DNA of 59,142 bases, the filler included. It is 4 parts of 4 records of this genome, joined end to end, with 100 filler letters (N's around TTAATTAATTAA, not from the genome) between each part and the next. Parts side by side here need not be neighbours in the genome. Positions count along the whole stretch, not along the records: positions 39,399 to 51,195 come from DRR723986_3516; 3 more parts are not named here. The stretch is one strand, 5' to 3'. The notes beneath the pieces are model-generated. The model saw only the letters and a list, made by a program, of their open reading frames with translations. It did not search any database and had not been told where the DNA came from. Positions 40,529 to 50,379 of this stretch are shown here, in pieces; the stretch's first letter is position 1; each line of letters starts with the position of its first letter. The translations under genes and the position numbers were made by a program.

Positions 40529-42844
40529 CTAGATTCGAAAAAGCCGTTTCAACGCGGCCCGCGCACTTCGAAACGGTGCTGTTACGCGTATGGACTTCGA
40601 GTTGAGAATTCGGTCGATCTCACCTTGGAGCTCATTTAGTCTTGCTTCGAGTTCGACAACACGATTGTCTCGCTGGTCTGGTGCCCATTCCGGTATATGA
40701 AGAACGGAAATCGGGGCTTGAGTCAGATAGAGGTCAGCCTTGGGTTTCAATCCGTTAGCATCAATCAGTCCGCTCATCTTGATTGCGATATGAAGTCGAC
40801 GCGCCAGCGCCTCGATCGTAAACTGTCCTGAAGCCGACAGCACACATTTGAGGCGTTCGTGTTCAAGACGGTCCGGGTTGTTCGCCAGATCGGTCATATA
40901 TGCCAAAGCAGCCTCGAGGGCGTCATCGACGCTCTTGTTCGCAGAGGCTTGGAACCCGGCACCCAGAGCTTTTATGATTTCCGGAACCGCGCCATTTCCG
41001 ATCGAAACCGGCAGCGCCCCTGACAATGCGCCTTCCACCACGGTCTGGCCGAAGGTCTCGGCCAGTGAAGCGTTGAACACGAAATCTGAAACCCGAAACA
41101 GCATCGACAGTTGGTTGATGTCCTTGGTATGCGGGAATACCGAGATGTTCGGCGGCAAAATCCTCTCGTCGTAAGGTGGCTTGCCCAGGAAGATGGCATG
41201 GAACATGTCGGCCGGCAGCATGGCGACGATCCGGAGAACTGCTGCCGGGTTCTTGCGCAACTGAGAGAAATCCCCGCTGGGGAAAATCACGATGGTTTTT
41301 CCGAGCGGCAACCCGAGCTTTTCTCTGGCCTCCTGTCTTTGTTCGTTCGCGTCCAAGAAGAAATGGTCGGTCTCTGCCCCCAGCCAAGCATTTTGGAGCT
41401 TGGTATCCAGGTCCGCAACTTGAACGTCCCGCTTGGTCAATGTGGAATCGACGATGCGCTCCATGTAATTTGAGTTCGCCAGAACAAAGGCATTCGGATG
41501 GGCAACAAGGGCCGCCTTTTCATTCGCTGCGCCGCGAATTTCCGCAGGAGGCAGAGCGGGATACTCGAAATAGCTGGGGCAATCTGCGTTACACTGCACG
41601 TCCAGAAATTTCGTGCAACTGTCGGGAAAGGCACAGCGTCCCGTCAACCAATAGAAATCGTGGGTGACGAAAAACACTGGCCAGCTGTTTAGCAGATTGC
41701 GGACCCACCCGTGTTCGCGCTCGCAAGCGTGCAGGTTTCCCATGATGACAAAGTCGGGATCGAAACGGATCAAGTCCGAAAAAAGAAGCTCGTAGTCAGA
41801 CGATCCTTTGTAGTTCTCCGGATTAACGTCAGTGGCAAACGCAAAGGCGCGAACCTCACATCCCAGAGCTCCGAATGCTTTGGCAATCCTGTGGTGGGCA
41901 ATGCCTGCGCCATAGAGGAATCCCAGGTCATTGATTATGGCGACTCGCGGTTGGCGTTCGCTCCAAGTGAAACCCGCTCGGCGCGCGTCTGGGCCCCGAC
42001 CCAGTTTCCGTTCTGCCACGTATTTCCGCAGTTCCACCTTGAACCCGTTCGGATCATGCGTCTTCTGGTCTTCATGCACGCGGAAGTAGGCCATTGGCGC
42101 TGCGTTCGCCCGGACCGTCGCTCCGGCCCGCGAAAGTCGCAGCCAAAGATCGTAGTCCATCGAATAGTAGAGTTCGGAATCAATGTAGCCACCAGCCTTT
42201 TCGTAGATGGCTTTGGTGAAGAAAACCTCTGGCTGGTAGAAGTATTGCCCAGTCAGCCAGTAGCCGTCGAGATCGATGATTTCCTTCTCGATAATCGGCC
42301 CGTCGGGCAAGCTGTAGATATGTCCCAAACGCGGGCCGGTTTCGTCGAACAGTATCACCTGCCCAGCGACAACATCTGCCCCGCCCTTCATGAATTCGAG
42401 CGCCATTCGGTGCAACGTGAATGGGGCGTATATGTCATCCGCGTTCAACCACGCCAGGATTTCGCCTTCCGCCGTGGCGAAAGCCCGGTTGAGCGCATCG
42501 GATTGGCCTTTGTCGCGTTCAATCCGGGCATCAATGAAATCATACTTGGCCAGAATGTCCTGCGTGCCATCTTCCGAGCAACTGTCAGATACAATGTACT
42601 GAAGGTTCGGATAGTTCTGATGCCTTACCGATTCGATCGTGTCGGCGATGAACTTGGCCGAATTGAATGACGGCGTCACAACGGTGATCCGTGGCCAGAC
42701 CGTGTTGGATTTTCCAAGTGCGGTCGTGGCCTCGCTGACGTAGGCCAAGGCTGCGCTGTCATACATCCACATTGGGTTTTGCACCGAGCCGATTGACGGT
42801 GGGATTTCAGATGCCACGTAGTTCCCCTTGTTGGAGCAGTGCAT
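40529..42844 (-). CDS. Multidomain glycosyltransferase (GT2 + GT4) with C-terminal coiled coil
   Basis: ITVVTPSFN, DKGQSDALN, WLNADDIY, SMDYDLWLR (GT2); VTHDFYWLTGRC, AETFGQTVVEG (GT4); tail ELQGEIDRILNSKSIRVTAPFR. Confidence 0.85.
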   Translation of the reverse strand: MHCSNKGNYVASEIPPSIGSVQNPMWMYDSAALAYVSEATTALGKSNTVWPRITVVTPSFNSAKFIADTIESVRHQNYPNLQYIVSDSCSEDGTQDILAKYDFIDARIERDKGQSDALNRAFATAEGEILAWLNADDIYAPFTLHRMALEFMKGGADVVAGQVILFDETGPRLGHIYSLPDGPIIEKEIIDLDGYWLTGQYFYQPEVFFTKAIYEKAGGYIDSELYYSMDYDLWLRLSRAGATVRANAAPMAYFRVHEDQKTHDPNGFKVELRKYVAERKLGRGPDARRAGFTWSERQPRVAIINDLGFLYGAGIAHHRIAKAFGALGCEVRAFAFATDVNPENYKGSSDYELLFSDLIRFDPDFVIMGNLHACEREHGWVRNLLNSWPVFFVTHDFYWLTGRCAFPDSCTKFLDVQCNADCPSYFEYPALPPAEIRGAANEKAALVAHPNAFVLANSNYMERIVDSTLTKRDVQVADLDTKLQNAWLGAETDHFFLDANEQRQEAREKLGLPLGKTIVIFPSGDFSQLRKNPAAVLRIVAMLPADMFHAIFLGKPPYDERILPPNISVFPHTKDINQLSMLFRVSDFVFNASLAETFGQTVVEGALSGALPVSIGNGAVPEIIKALGAGFQASANKSVDDALEAALAYMTDLANNPDRLEHERLKCVLSASGQFTIEALARRLHIAIKMSGLIDANGLKPKADLYLTQAPISVLHIPEWAPDQRDNRVVELEARLNELQGEIDRILNSKSIRVTAPFRSARAALKRLFRI

Positions 42845-43012
42845 CCCGTCGGAAACCCTGCTTGGCCGACCAGTTATTGGTCACTTCATCACATCGAACC
42901 TGTCCCCAGCCGAAGCAGGGCACTATCTTATTTGCGGTTTGCTCACAACTACCAGCGGGGCCGTCCTTCCGGAGGCTCGCCGGCACTCGGACCTGCACGA
43001 CAATCGGAACGC

Positions 43013-43687
43013 TCAAAGTTCCGAAATCCGCCTGCCACGCGCGCGCAGGGGTTGTCCTGCTGGCAACGCCTTTACAGCTCGGTAGAGTGCAAAATCAGCA
43101 GCAAAGGTATCCTCGATCAGCCGCCTTGCTTCGTTGCCGATGTCCCCAAGATCGACTTGTGGCGACACGTTTCTTTGAGGGATATTGATCTCCTGCCCGC
43201 ATTTTTCTGACATATGCGCTGCAAGATCGTCTAGCCGTTCGAAAGCGAACAGGGTGTCGATCCCGATTCGGTGGTCTTTGTCCGCGACGAAGCCTGAAGG
43301 GCGTGTCACATTCGAGAACCGGTTGGGAGTTCTATCGCAGACCATTTGGGCATATTCAGCAAAACTCACATCGGCCGTATGGCGTCGAAAATCTGGGTGT
43401 TCCGGATTCAGCGCCGCCGGTCGCCGAAGGTATTTGTAGTAGCTTCCGAGCATGTCCAGTGGCTCGCGAACGACCGCAAGTCGCTCAAATTCCAATACGA
43501 ACTTGCCCGCACGCTTGAGAAAGAAAGGTTCCAGAAATTCCTCATAGTCGGCCAAGAGCATGTGTTTCGCACCGCCATTACCGTCAATAATGCACTCAGA
43601 AACACCCCTCAGGGCGAAGGTGATAGAGGTGGAAGCACTCTTGGGGATGTCGAACATGACATACCGGTGCTTGAACGAAATCCGCAT
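43013..43687 (-). CDS. Sulfotransferase family 2 protein
   Basis: 5'PSB-like IPKSASTSI; 3'PB-like VVREPLDMLGSYYKY; FAADFALY. Confidence 0.75.
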   Translation of the reverse strand: MRISFKHRYVMFDIPKSASTSITFALRGVSECIIDGNGGAKHMLLADYEEFLEPFFLKRAGKFVLEFERLAVVREPLDMLGSYYKYLRRPAALNPEHPDFRRHTADVSFAEYAQMVCDRTPNRFSNVTRPSGFVADKDHRIGIDTLFAFERLDDLAAHMSEKCGQEINIPQRNVSPQVDLGDIGNEARRLIEDTFAADFALYRAVKALPAGQPLRARGRRISEL

Positions 43688-43932
43688 TGACCCCCTTCTT
43701 CTACATCCGCCCTGATTGTCCTCTTCACGTCAGGACCAACCACGGCGCATCTTCGCATTCTCGACGACTGCCGCGGAAGATTGCGTTTCTTGTCAATCGT
43801 CGAGAGATTGAAATGATACTTAATGGCTAACGCCTAGTCTATCATATTGGCATCGGCGGGGTGCCTCAGGCGGGAGCACTCAAGAATGAGAGGAGATCCA
43901 GACGGTCGCGTTGGCGAAAGCGGCCTGCCACT

Positions 43933-45975
43933 TCACACACCACGTGCCTTCCTTTTTTCAGCCATTTCCGTTAGTTGCCGGGACAGACTTGCCGCATTGA
44001 ATTCTGGTTTCTCCAGTAACGAACCCGTCGCAAGCGCGTGGTTATGCGCAACATTGTCCGCGCAGGCGTCTATGAAGTCGGCCCTATCGCGGGGGCCCAG
44101 CTTCGCAAGCCGGCGTGCTTCTGAGATCACCGCGACTAGCCGGGTTTCGGGGTCCACAATCTCGTCGTAGCTTTCGTCGATCACATGACCAAAAGTTCTC
44201 AGCCCCAACGCCCTCAGTTGCGCTAGGGTTCCCGGATTCCCGGCGATTAGGAATGGATGTCGGCCAATGGCGGGCTTAAGGCTCTTCTCGGTGATACGGC
44301 GAACGGAACCGCCCGACATGTCGGATTCCGTGACGAGGGAAAAGAAGCTTTTCCGATACAAGCCTTCGGCGACTTCGAGAATGAAGTCGGGGGTTCCGGG
44401 TGCGACGGGGTCGAGCACGTTCTCGCTTTGCAACCGGCGTGCTATGTCAGCTGAAATCCCGGAAAGATCGCTTTCCTCGAATGGGCGCCACGAAAGGAGC
44501 GGCGGCAGGTCCGCCTCTGCGGTAATCAGTTCAGAAAGAATTCGCGCCCGGAATCGTCGGGTACGGTGGTTGAGGCACAGAACCGAGTTTGAAAGCTGTT
44601 CAGGCTTCTGGATCGGACGGAATTGGTGGGTGCGCCCGTGGGCACGCCGTAAAATATTGTGGCAATATAGGTTCCAAATGATGTGGTTTGGGGCGGGCAC
44701 TCCCTGAGAGACACACCATTCGGTCATTTGCGCCGGGAAACTTCGGTTTGTTTGTATGAACACCAGCCTGTCCAAGCCGATGCCAGCCGGCAGAGAGTTC
44801 AGGAAATCCTCGAAGAGGTGGGCCTCGAACTGGTGGCCTTCAGGGCTTCCGTCGAGCGCGATCAATGCATCGGAATCGACAAGCGCCTCGAAGTTGCATC
44901 GGTCAAACAATGAGGGAACCCCGAAGTCTGCACAACACCGCCGCGAAATCCTCCAATGATGCACCATCGGGACAAAGACGATGTCGGTGTCAGCTCCCAG
45001 CTTTTGTTGCACATTGAAAGCGAGCAATTCGGGGTCGGCCCATTTGAAGCCCCGTCCGATCGGTACATCGTGGCGTCCGTCATGAGCGTGAAATGCCGCT
45101 TTCGCCGGCTTCGGCGAAACTTCTCTGACCGGTCGTCTTGGCGCCCGCTCCTTGTGGCTTGGGGTAGCTTTCTGAATTTCCGTTGCAGGAACGCTTTCGT
45201 GCACATACCAATCATCAAATGCGGTAAAGGCCGGCAACCAGCGACGATAACCGTGCGAAAGCAGCTTATCATGCAGCGCTTCGCGGTGAGGAGCGTAGCC
45301 GTGCTCAATGGTCATCAATCGGAAACCTCTTTGATCAAAGGGGAAATCCTTCAGGATTTCGTATTCCGCCCCTTCCGTATCGATTGAGATGTAGTCGATG
45401 AGGTCCGGTGCCTGTGCTTCGTCCAGAAGGTCGGCAAGAGTGATGGTCGAGACCTCGACGCGCGGTCGGTCTTTTCGTGCCTCCTGCCGATCCAAACGGT
45501 CAGGCGCAATCCGCTCAAGGCCAGACAACTGGCCCTGTGACACAAAGAGTTCGGTGCGGTTGCTCTCCGCAGCTATACAACGGTCGCTTAGAAAGACCGA
45601 CCGGTTCGCCTGCAGTTCCTTGAAGCGAGGCGGGTTCGGTTCGGCCAATGCGCCAGTCCAGTCGAGTTCCGTTTCCAGAATATAGGTATTGCTGTGCTGC
45701 ACACCGTCATCGGCACCAAACTCCACGAACCAGCCTTCGCGCTTTTCCCCAAGCATGAACCGGACCCAGATGTCCTGGAAGATCTGGCTGTATGAGGTTT
45801 TCAGCAAGGGGCGAGCAAAGCGAACGAATTCATGAAGCTGCTCTATTTCCGGCGATCGCTGACCTGACTGTCGGCGCGTCTTCTGCAAGAGTGCCATGTA
45901 TCGAAGATGCTCGAATGCGCTGCGCACCAACAACTTGTCGGCACGCGTCAGTTCGTCGTCCATGTCACGTCCCAC
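43933..45975 (-). CDS. FkbM-family methyltransferase fused to a GT10-like C-terminal domain
   Basis: YSQIFQD...FVEFGADDGVQHSNT...ISIDTEGAE; C-terminal FSLVTES...ITEKSLKP...PFLIAG...LRALGLRTF...IDESYD. Confidence 0.7.
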   Translation of the reverse strand: MGRDMDDELTRADKLLVRSAFEHLRYMALLQKTRRQSGQRSPEIEQLHEFVRFARPLLKTSYSQIFQDIWVRFMLGEKREGWFVEFGADDGVQHSNTYILETELDWTGALAEPNPPRFKELQANRSVFLSDRCIAAESNRTELFVSQGQLSGLERIAPDRLDRQEARKDRPRVEVSTITLADLLDEAQAPDLIDYISIDTEGAEYEILKDFPFDQRGFRLMTIEHGYAPHREALHDKLLSHGYRRWLPAFTAFDDWYVHESVPATEIQKATPSHKERAPRRPVREVSPKPAKAAFHAHDGRHDVPIGRGFKWADPELLAFNVQQKLGADTDIVFVPMVHHWRISRRCCADFGVPSLFDRCNFEALVDSDALIALDGSPEGHQFEAHLFEDFLNSLPAGIGLDRLVFIQTNRSFPAQMTEWCVSQGVPAPNHIIWNLYCHNILRRAHGRTHQFRPIQKPEQLSNSVLCLNHRTRRFRARILSELITAEADLPPLLSWRPFEESDLSGISADIARRLQSENVLDPVAPGTPDFILEVAEGLYRKSFFSLVTESDMSGGSVRRITEKSLKPAIGRHPFLIAGNPGTLAQLRALGLRTFGHVIDESYDEIVDPETRLVAVISEARRLAKLGPRDRADFIDACADNVAHNHALATGSLLEKPEFNAASLSRQLTEMAEKRKARGV

Positions 45976-46138
45976 TTTTTCTGCTGGTGGGATAGAACCA
46001 AATCACCTGGTGACGCGCAATCGGCTTTCAGTGATCTGGTGCTTTAAACGGACGTCCAAGCGGTTTTAGGGGTCGCGTGTCTTTGCAGTGCAGGCCGTTT
46101 TGGTCTACCAGTATTGAAAGTCTCGAGGATCACTAACA

Positions 46139-47002
46139 ATGACCAAAGAAACGGCAGAAACCGCACCCAAGAAAGCCGAACCCGGCGACTTTCCGGCCCG
46201 ATTCCGAGAGATCGTCTCCGATCCGCTCAACATTCTCATTCCGCGGCATCCGCAAGCCGGTTTCGTTGAGGGTGACAATGTGATCCTGCATAACGGCCAT
46301 CGCGTGGCCTTCACTGGTCCGATGGCCTATTATCGCGAGTTCTCTTCGATCCTGATCATCAATCGCGGTGTCCATGAACCGCTTGAGGAATACGCCTTCT
46401 TGCGCGCCCTCGAACATATGCCGAATGCGCCCACCATGGTCGAGCTGGGCGCGTATTGGGGTCATTATTCGATGTGGATGAAGCAGGCGCGCCCGGCTGC
46501 GAGCATTCATCTTCTGGAGCCGAACGAACACAACCTCAACGTTGGAAAGGCGAACTTCGCTGCGAACGGATATGAAGCGCGGTTCACTTTAGCGAGCGTT
46601 GGGCCCGACGGATTTGAGCTGGATCGCTTCATGGCTGACGAAGGACTAAGCGAGTTGACAGTCCTTCACAGCGATATCCAAGGTGCCGAGATCGACCTGA
46701 TGGAGGGTGCTAATCAAACGCTGGCGGGCCGGAAGGTGGGTTACTGGTTTGTCTCTACCCATTCGCAAGGGATACACCACCGTGTGAAACGGGAGCTTTT
46801 CGATGCAGGCTACCGGATCGAGGTTTCCGCCGATTGGAGGGAAGAAACCACAAGCTTTGACGGTTTCATTCTCGCGGTACGTCCAGATCTTCCGACAATT
46901 TTCGACGGCCTCAAGCCACCCGGGCGGACTGAAATCGTTCAGTCGTCGCCGCGAAAGTTGGTTGCGTTCTTAGGCTGCGCAATTGCCGGTGCGGACGGAT
47001 GA
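46139..47002 (+). CDS. FkbM-like SAM-dependent methyltransferase
   Basis: [33 protein letters not shown]. Confidence 0.7.
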   Translation: MTKETAETAPKKAEPGDFPARFREIVSDPLNILIPRHPQAGFVEGDNVILHNGHRVAFTGPMAYYREFSSILIINRGVHEPLEEYAFLRALEHMPNAPTMVELGAYWGHYSMWMKQARPAASIHLLEPNEHNLNVGKANFAANGYEARFTLASVGPDGFELDRFMADEGLSELTVLHSDIQGAEIDLMEGANQTLAGRKVGYWFVSTHSQGIHHRVKRELFDAGYRIEVSADWREETTSFDGFILAVRPDLPTIFDGLKPPGRTEIVQSSPRKLVAFLGCAIAGADG

Positions 47003-47080
47003 GACCATTTCGACCGTCCGAGCGCGCGCCTACTCGGGCCCGTTCGGGTTTGACCATGGCGGTGGAACGCGAGTGAAAAG

Positions 47081-47343
47081 TGACCTGCCCCCCGAAACTT
47101 CCCTCGTTCTGATGTAGAGTTAGCTCAACCTTTTGAAGGCGCAAACGAATGCGAAAGAGCCGTTTTAGCGAAGCCCAAATCATCGGGATGATTAAAGAAC
47201 AAGAAGCCGGAATGCCGACGGCGGAGGTTTGTCGCAAGCACGGCCTAAGCCAAGGTACCTTTTACAACTACAAATCGAAGTATGGCGGCATGGAGGTTTC
47301 CGAAGTTGCCAAGATGAAGTCGTTGGAAGACGAGAATGCCAAG
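47081..47343 (+). mobile_element. Truncated IS3-family element (left end plus partial OrfA)
   Basis: TGACCTGCCCCCCG terminus; [21 protein letters not shown]...[12 protein letters not shown]...LEDENAK, after which homology stops; no OrfB. Confidence 0.85.
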
Positions 47344-47390
47344 CAACCAGCTCCGCTAAATATCCGAACCTCCAGCAGACAGGCGCCCGT

Positions 47391-48107
47391 ATGAATGCAC
47401 TGCCGAAAAAGACCGCGATCTTCCTTCACATCGGAAAAACCGGGGGCACGAGTGTCAGAACAATGTTTCTCTGCAGTCCGGACCTAAAGGTAACGAACTA
47501 TACCTCGGCCTCTGATTTCACCAGACCGTCCAGAACAAACCCGAAGTTCCTGCCAGACATTCTGGAAACCAGCGACGTGCTGATGGGCCATTTCGGATAC
47601 ATCGGCGATCTGCTTTGGCCCTGGCGAAGTCAGGTGGTCGTGTTATCGGTCATTCGCGATCCGGTTTCGAGAATTCTCAGTCAATTCAAATACATCAAAG
47701 GTACACCGACCCATCCCATCCATCATGAATTGGCCGACCTATCCTTTGAGGACGCCTGGACGCACCACCCGCGATTTCGCCGCATGAGTTCAAACAGCCA
47801 ATTGCGCGTCTTGTGCAACGGCAGCCAACCGAGTGATTTCTTCGAGGCTGCAAAGGACTTTGACTATGTGGTCGGGACTTTCGCTCAGTTGAACGCATTC
47901 CGGCAGGCCGCCGGGGACGTTCTGGGCGTTTCTCTTCCCGCCCTGCAAAGGCTCAATACTACGCCAGACACACAGGAGGACCCGGTTCTATCTGATAAGA
48001 TCCTGCACGAAATCCACGATGCTAATGCCCAAGACCAGTCGCTGGTCGACATCATCTCTCGACGCAGCGGTGGATTGTTCCTATCGGATCGGCTGTCGGA
48101 CGGATGA
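47391..48107 (+). CDS. Sulfotransferase family 2 protein
   Basis: IFLHIGKTGGTSV; VIRDPVSRILSQFKY; start taken as ATG at 47391. Confidence 0.8.
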   Translation: MNALPKKTAIFLHIGKTGGTSVRTMFLCSPDLKVTNYTSASDFTRPSRTNPKFLPDILETSDVLMGHFGYIGDLLWPWRSQVVVLSVIRDPVSRILSQFKYIKGTPTHPIHHELADLSFEDAWTHHPRFRRMSSNSQLRVLCNGSQPSDFFEAAKDFDYVVGTFAQLNAFRQAAGDVLGVSLPALQRLNTTPDTQEDPVLSDKILHEIHDANAQDQSLVDIISRRSGGLFLSDRLSDG

Positions 48108-48134
48108 AGGGCTGCCGCACAATTGCAAACGCCC

Positions 48135-49118
48135 CTAGCGTTTTCTCAGAACGTACAGGCAATCGAAATGCGGTCCGGCGCCAGTGTCGCCAACGCGTTC
48201 CAGATAGCTTAGGGTCGTGTCGAGGAATCCTTCCATCTGGCCCAGAAGAACCTCGTCGAAACCGTTGACGACGGCAAAACGATGCATCGCCGTCGTTCGG
48301 AAATCGCTGCGGATGCCCTTCATGTCCGCAAACGTGGCGTTCGGAAGCCAGTCGATGTCGTACCCGATAGCCCGACCAGTTGCAATGATGTCGTCGATAC
48401 GGAATGCATGCTTGTCTTCTTGTTTCACCTTGGGTTCGGGATCGTAACTGATGCGCAGCGCGGCCGCATTCTTCATGTTCCGAAGCTTGCGGCGGGAACC
48501 GGGTGACAGGTCTATTCCTGCAACCTCGGCGTGATGTTCGAACAAAGCCGAGACAAGGCCAGCCGTGAGCATGAATTCCGACGAAGGCTCCGAGAAGAAT
48601 AGCGACCCGCCCGGAGCCAGTTTTTCGTGGAGGATTGCCAGCGCCGACTTCCAGTTCAGGAAATGGTGCAGCACCCCGAACATCGAGATGGCGCCGAAAT
48701 GATTGTTTGGCAGGGCCCCGAAATCCTCATCAACCAGGCAGGCGAAGTCCACCGCCACGTCATCGCCAAACCCTTCCCTAACCAAGGTGGCCATGTTGCG
48801 CTTGGTGATCCGAACGAATGATTTCGATCCGTCAGTGACCAACAGCCGGTCGAAAACGCCGGACGCAACCATCTGCGACGTCAGGCGGCCAGTGCCGCAA
48901 CCGATCTCTAGCGCCGGTGTATCAGTCCTGATTTTCTGGGCCTTGACGAACCTGGCGAAGGCGCGACCTTGCGCCTGAATCTGGTTTGCATCAATGCCGC
49001 GCTTGTAGCGAGCATCGTAGCTTTCTTCGTCGATGTTGTATGGCCGTTCCTGCGAAAACATCCCGATACCGTCGGCATCGCGTTCCAACTCCCCGAATTG
49101 CCAATCTGGCGCGGTCAT
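48135..49118 (-). CDS. Class I SAM-dependent methyltransferase
   Basis: ALEIGCGTGRLT, GVLHHF, KLAPGGSLFFSEP. Confidence 0.85.
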   Translation of the reverse strand: MTAPDWQFGELERDADGIGMFSQERPYNIDEESYDARYKRGIDANQIQAQGRAFARFVKAQKIRTDTPALEIGCGTGRLTSQMVASGVFDRLLVTDGSKSFVRITKRNMATLVREGFGDDVAVDFACLVDEDFGALPNNHFGAISMFGVLHHFLNWKSALAILHEKLAPGGSLFFSEPSSEFMLTAGLVSALFEHHAEVAGIDLSPGSRRKLRNMKNAAALRISYDPEPKVKQEDKHAFRIDDIIATGRAIGYDIDWLPNATFADMKGIRSDFRTTAMHRFAVVNGFDEVLLGQMEGFLDTTLSYLERVGDTGAGPHFDCLYVLRKR

Positions 49119-50026
49119 GATGGCAGTCCCCCGGTCCGTTTATCACTCGGTCTTGCCCGAGCTGACTCCAACTCTTGGTAAGATGCTATCGCCGCGGCAG
49201 CGCGGTCGCGTAGTTTGTCGTCCCAAAGGGCGAGCAACCGATGGTCAAAACGGGAAAATTTCGGCGTCGCTTCAACAATCTTGCCCAAAGCGTCGTGGTC
49301 AAACGGTTCGCCAATCGCCCTGAGCCAGTCGGCTATTTGTTCGAAATCGCCAGTTTCCAAACGCTTCAGCGAAACCGGGTGGCAATCGCCCCGTGTCCAT
49401 CCATCCAACGCCGATCGCGCCATCCGTTCGTATGCGTCGAGGAAGATCTCTATGCAACCGTGATAAAGCGCGGACAATTCCCCCTCGATGACCCTGTCGA
49501 CGATTTCTGGTGTTGCAACCAGATTGAAAAACGAACTGCAGGCGACTACGGGGTCGCGGAACAGAAATACAAAATCCCCCAATCCAGCGGACACCTCAGA
49601 ATGGGTCTTGATCCACCTCGCATCTGCGACCAGGAACCGGCTGTCAAATTTTGCAATCTCTTCTGGGCGATACCTGTGACCGTCCGGAAAGATCTCGTCA
49701 AAAATTATCGGGGCGATCCTCGGATTCCCGAAGACAATTGCCTGGACGCGTCGGCGATCAAGGCCGGATACGGCCCGCCGCTTGGCGTCAAAGACCGGAT
49801 ACCCCTCGCGGTGCAGTACGACCTTCGCCAACAGGTGACGTAAGAACCCGTTGCCCGAGCGTGGAAACGATAAGATGAAGCGCGAGTCCACACCGAACTC
49901 GGCCAGCGCGTTCTGAATGTTCCTGTTCGTCTTACCCTCGAAAAATCGCGAGGTGATGCCGCGGGCCTTTCGCAAGACCTCGGCTTCGCCCGCACCGGTC
50001 CCAACGTCCCTGTCTGGGTGGTTCAT
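49115..50026 (-). CDS. Sulfotransferase-domain (Sulfotransfer_1-like) protein
   Basis: FILSFPRSGNGFLRHLL, WIKTH, LFRDPVVACSSFF; 4-nt overlap with the methyltransferase gene. Confidence 0.75.
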   Translation of the reverse strand: MNHPDRDVGTGAGEAEVLRKARGITSRFFEGKTNRNIQNALAEFGVDSRFILSFPRSGNGFLRHLLAKVVLHREGYPVFDAKRRAVSGLDRRRVQAIVFGNPRIAPIIFDEIFPDGHRYRPEEIAKFDSRFLVADARWIKTHSEVSAGLGDFVFLFRDPVVACSSFFNLVATPEIVDRVIEGELSALYHGCIEIFLDAYERMARSALDGWTRGDCHPVSLKRLETGDFEQIADWLRAIGEPFDHDALGKIVEATPKFSRFDHRLLALWDDKLRDRAAAAIASYQELESARARPSDKRTGGLPS

Positions 50027-50379
50027 CTAGCCTCCACTTTGAGCTACGCGAATTCGAAAAAGGCTACGTCCCGACGTGCTTTGGGTCACGACAACAGTCA
50101 ATTCGCTTTGTTTTCACTAGGGTTATGGAAAACACTATGTCAAGCCTGACTGGCACCAATGAGGCAGAGTGACATTGCGCCCAACCGTGTATCTCATCGG
50201 CGATGTCATTGGCCTGCCAGGGTCTTATGGCACGGCCTGCCGAAGCTGATGAGCGGGAGGCAATGGATCGTCTCGGTTTGCGCCTCCATGAACTTCGATG
50301 CTTTCATGCGATTCCGCTCCTCTCCCTGCCAGTGAAATCTAGCGGAAAACTCCAGCTTCAAACGATCCAGTTTTCAGGG

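Noticed and set aside
47229-47390. N-terminal extension of the sulfotransferase shown in the ORF track
   Set aside because: Mostly lies in an alternative frame of the IS3 remnant; family similarity begins after ATG at 47391
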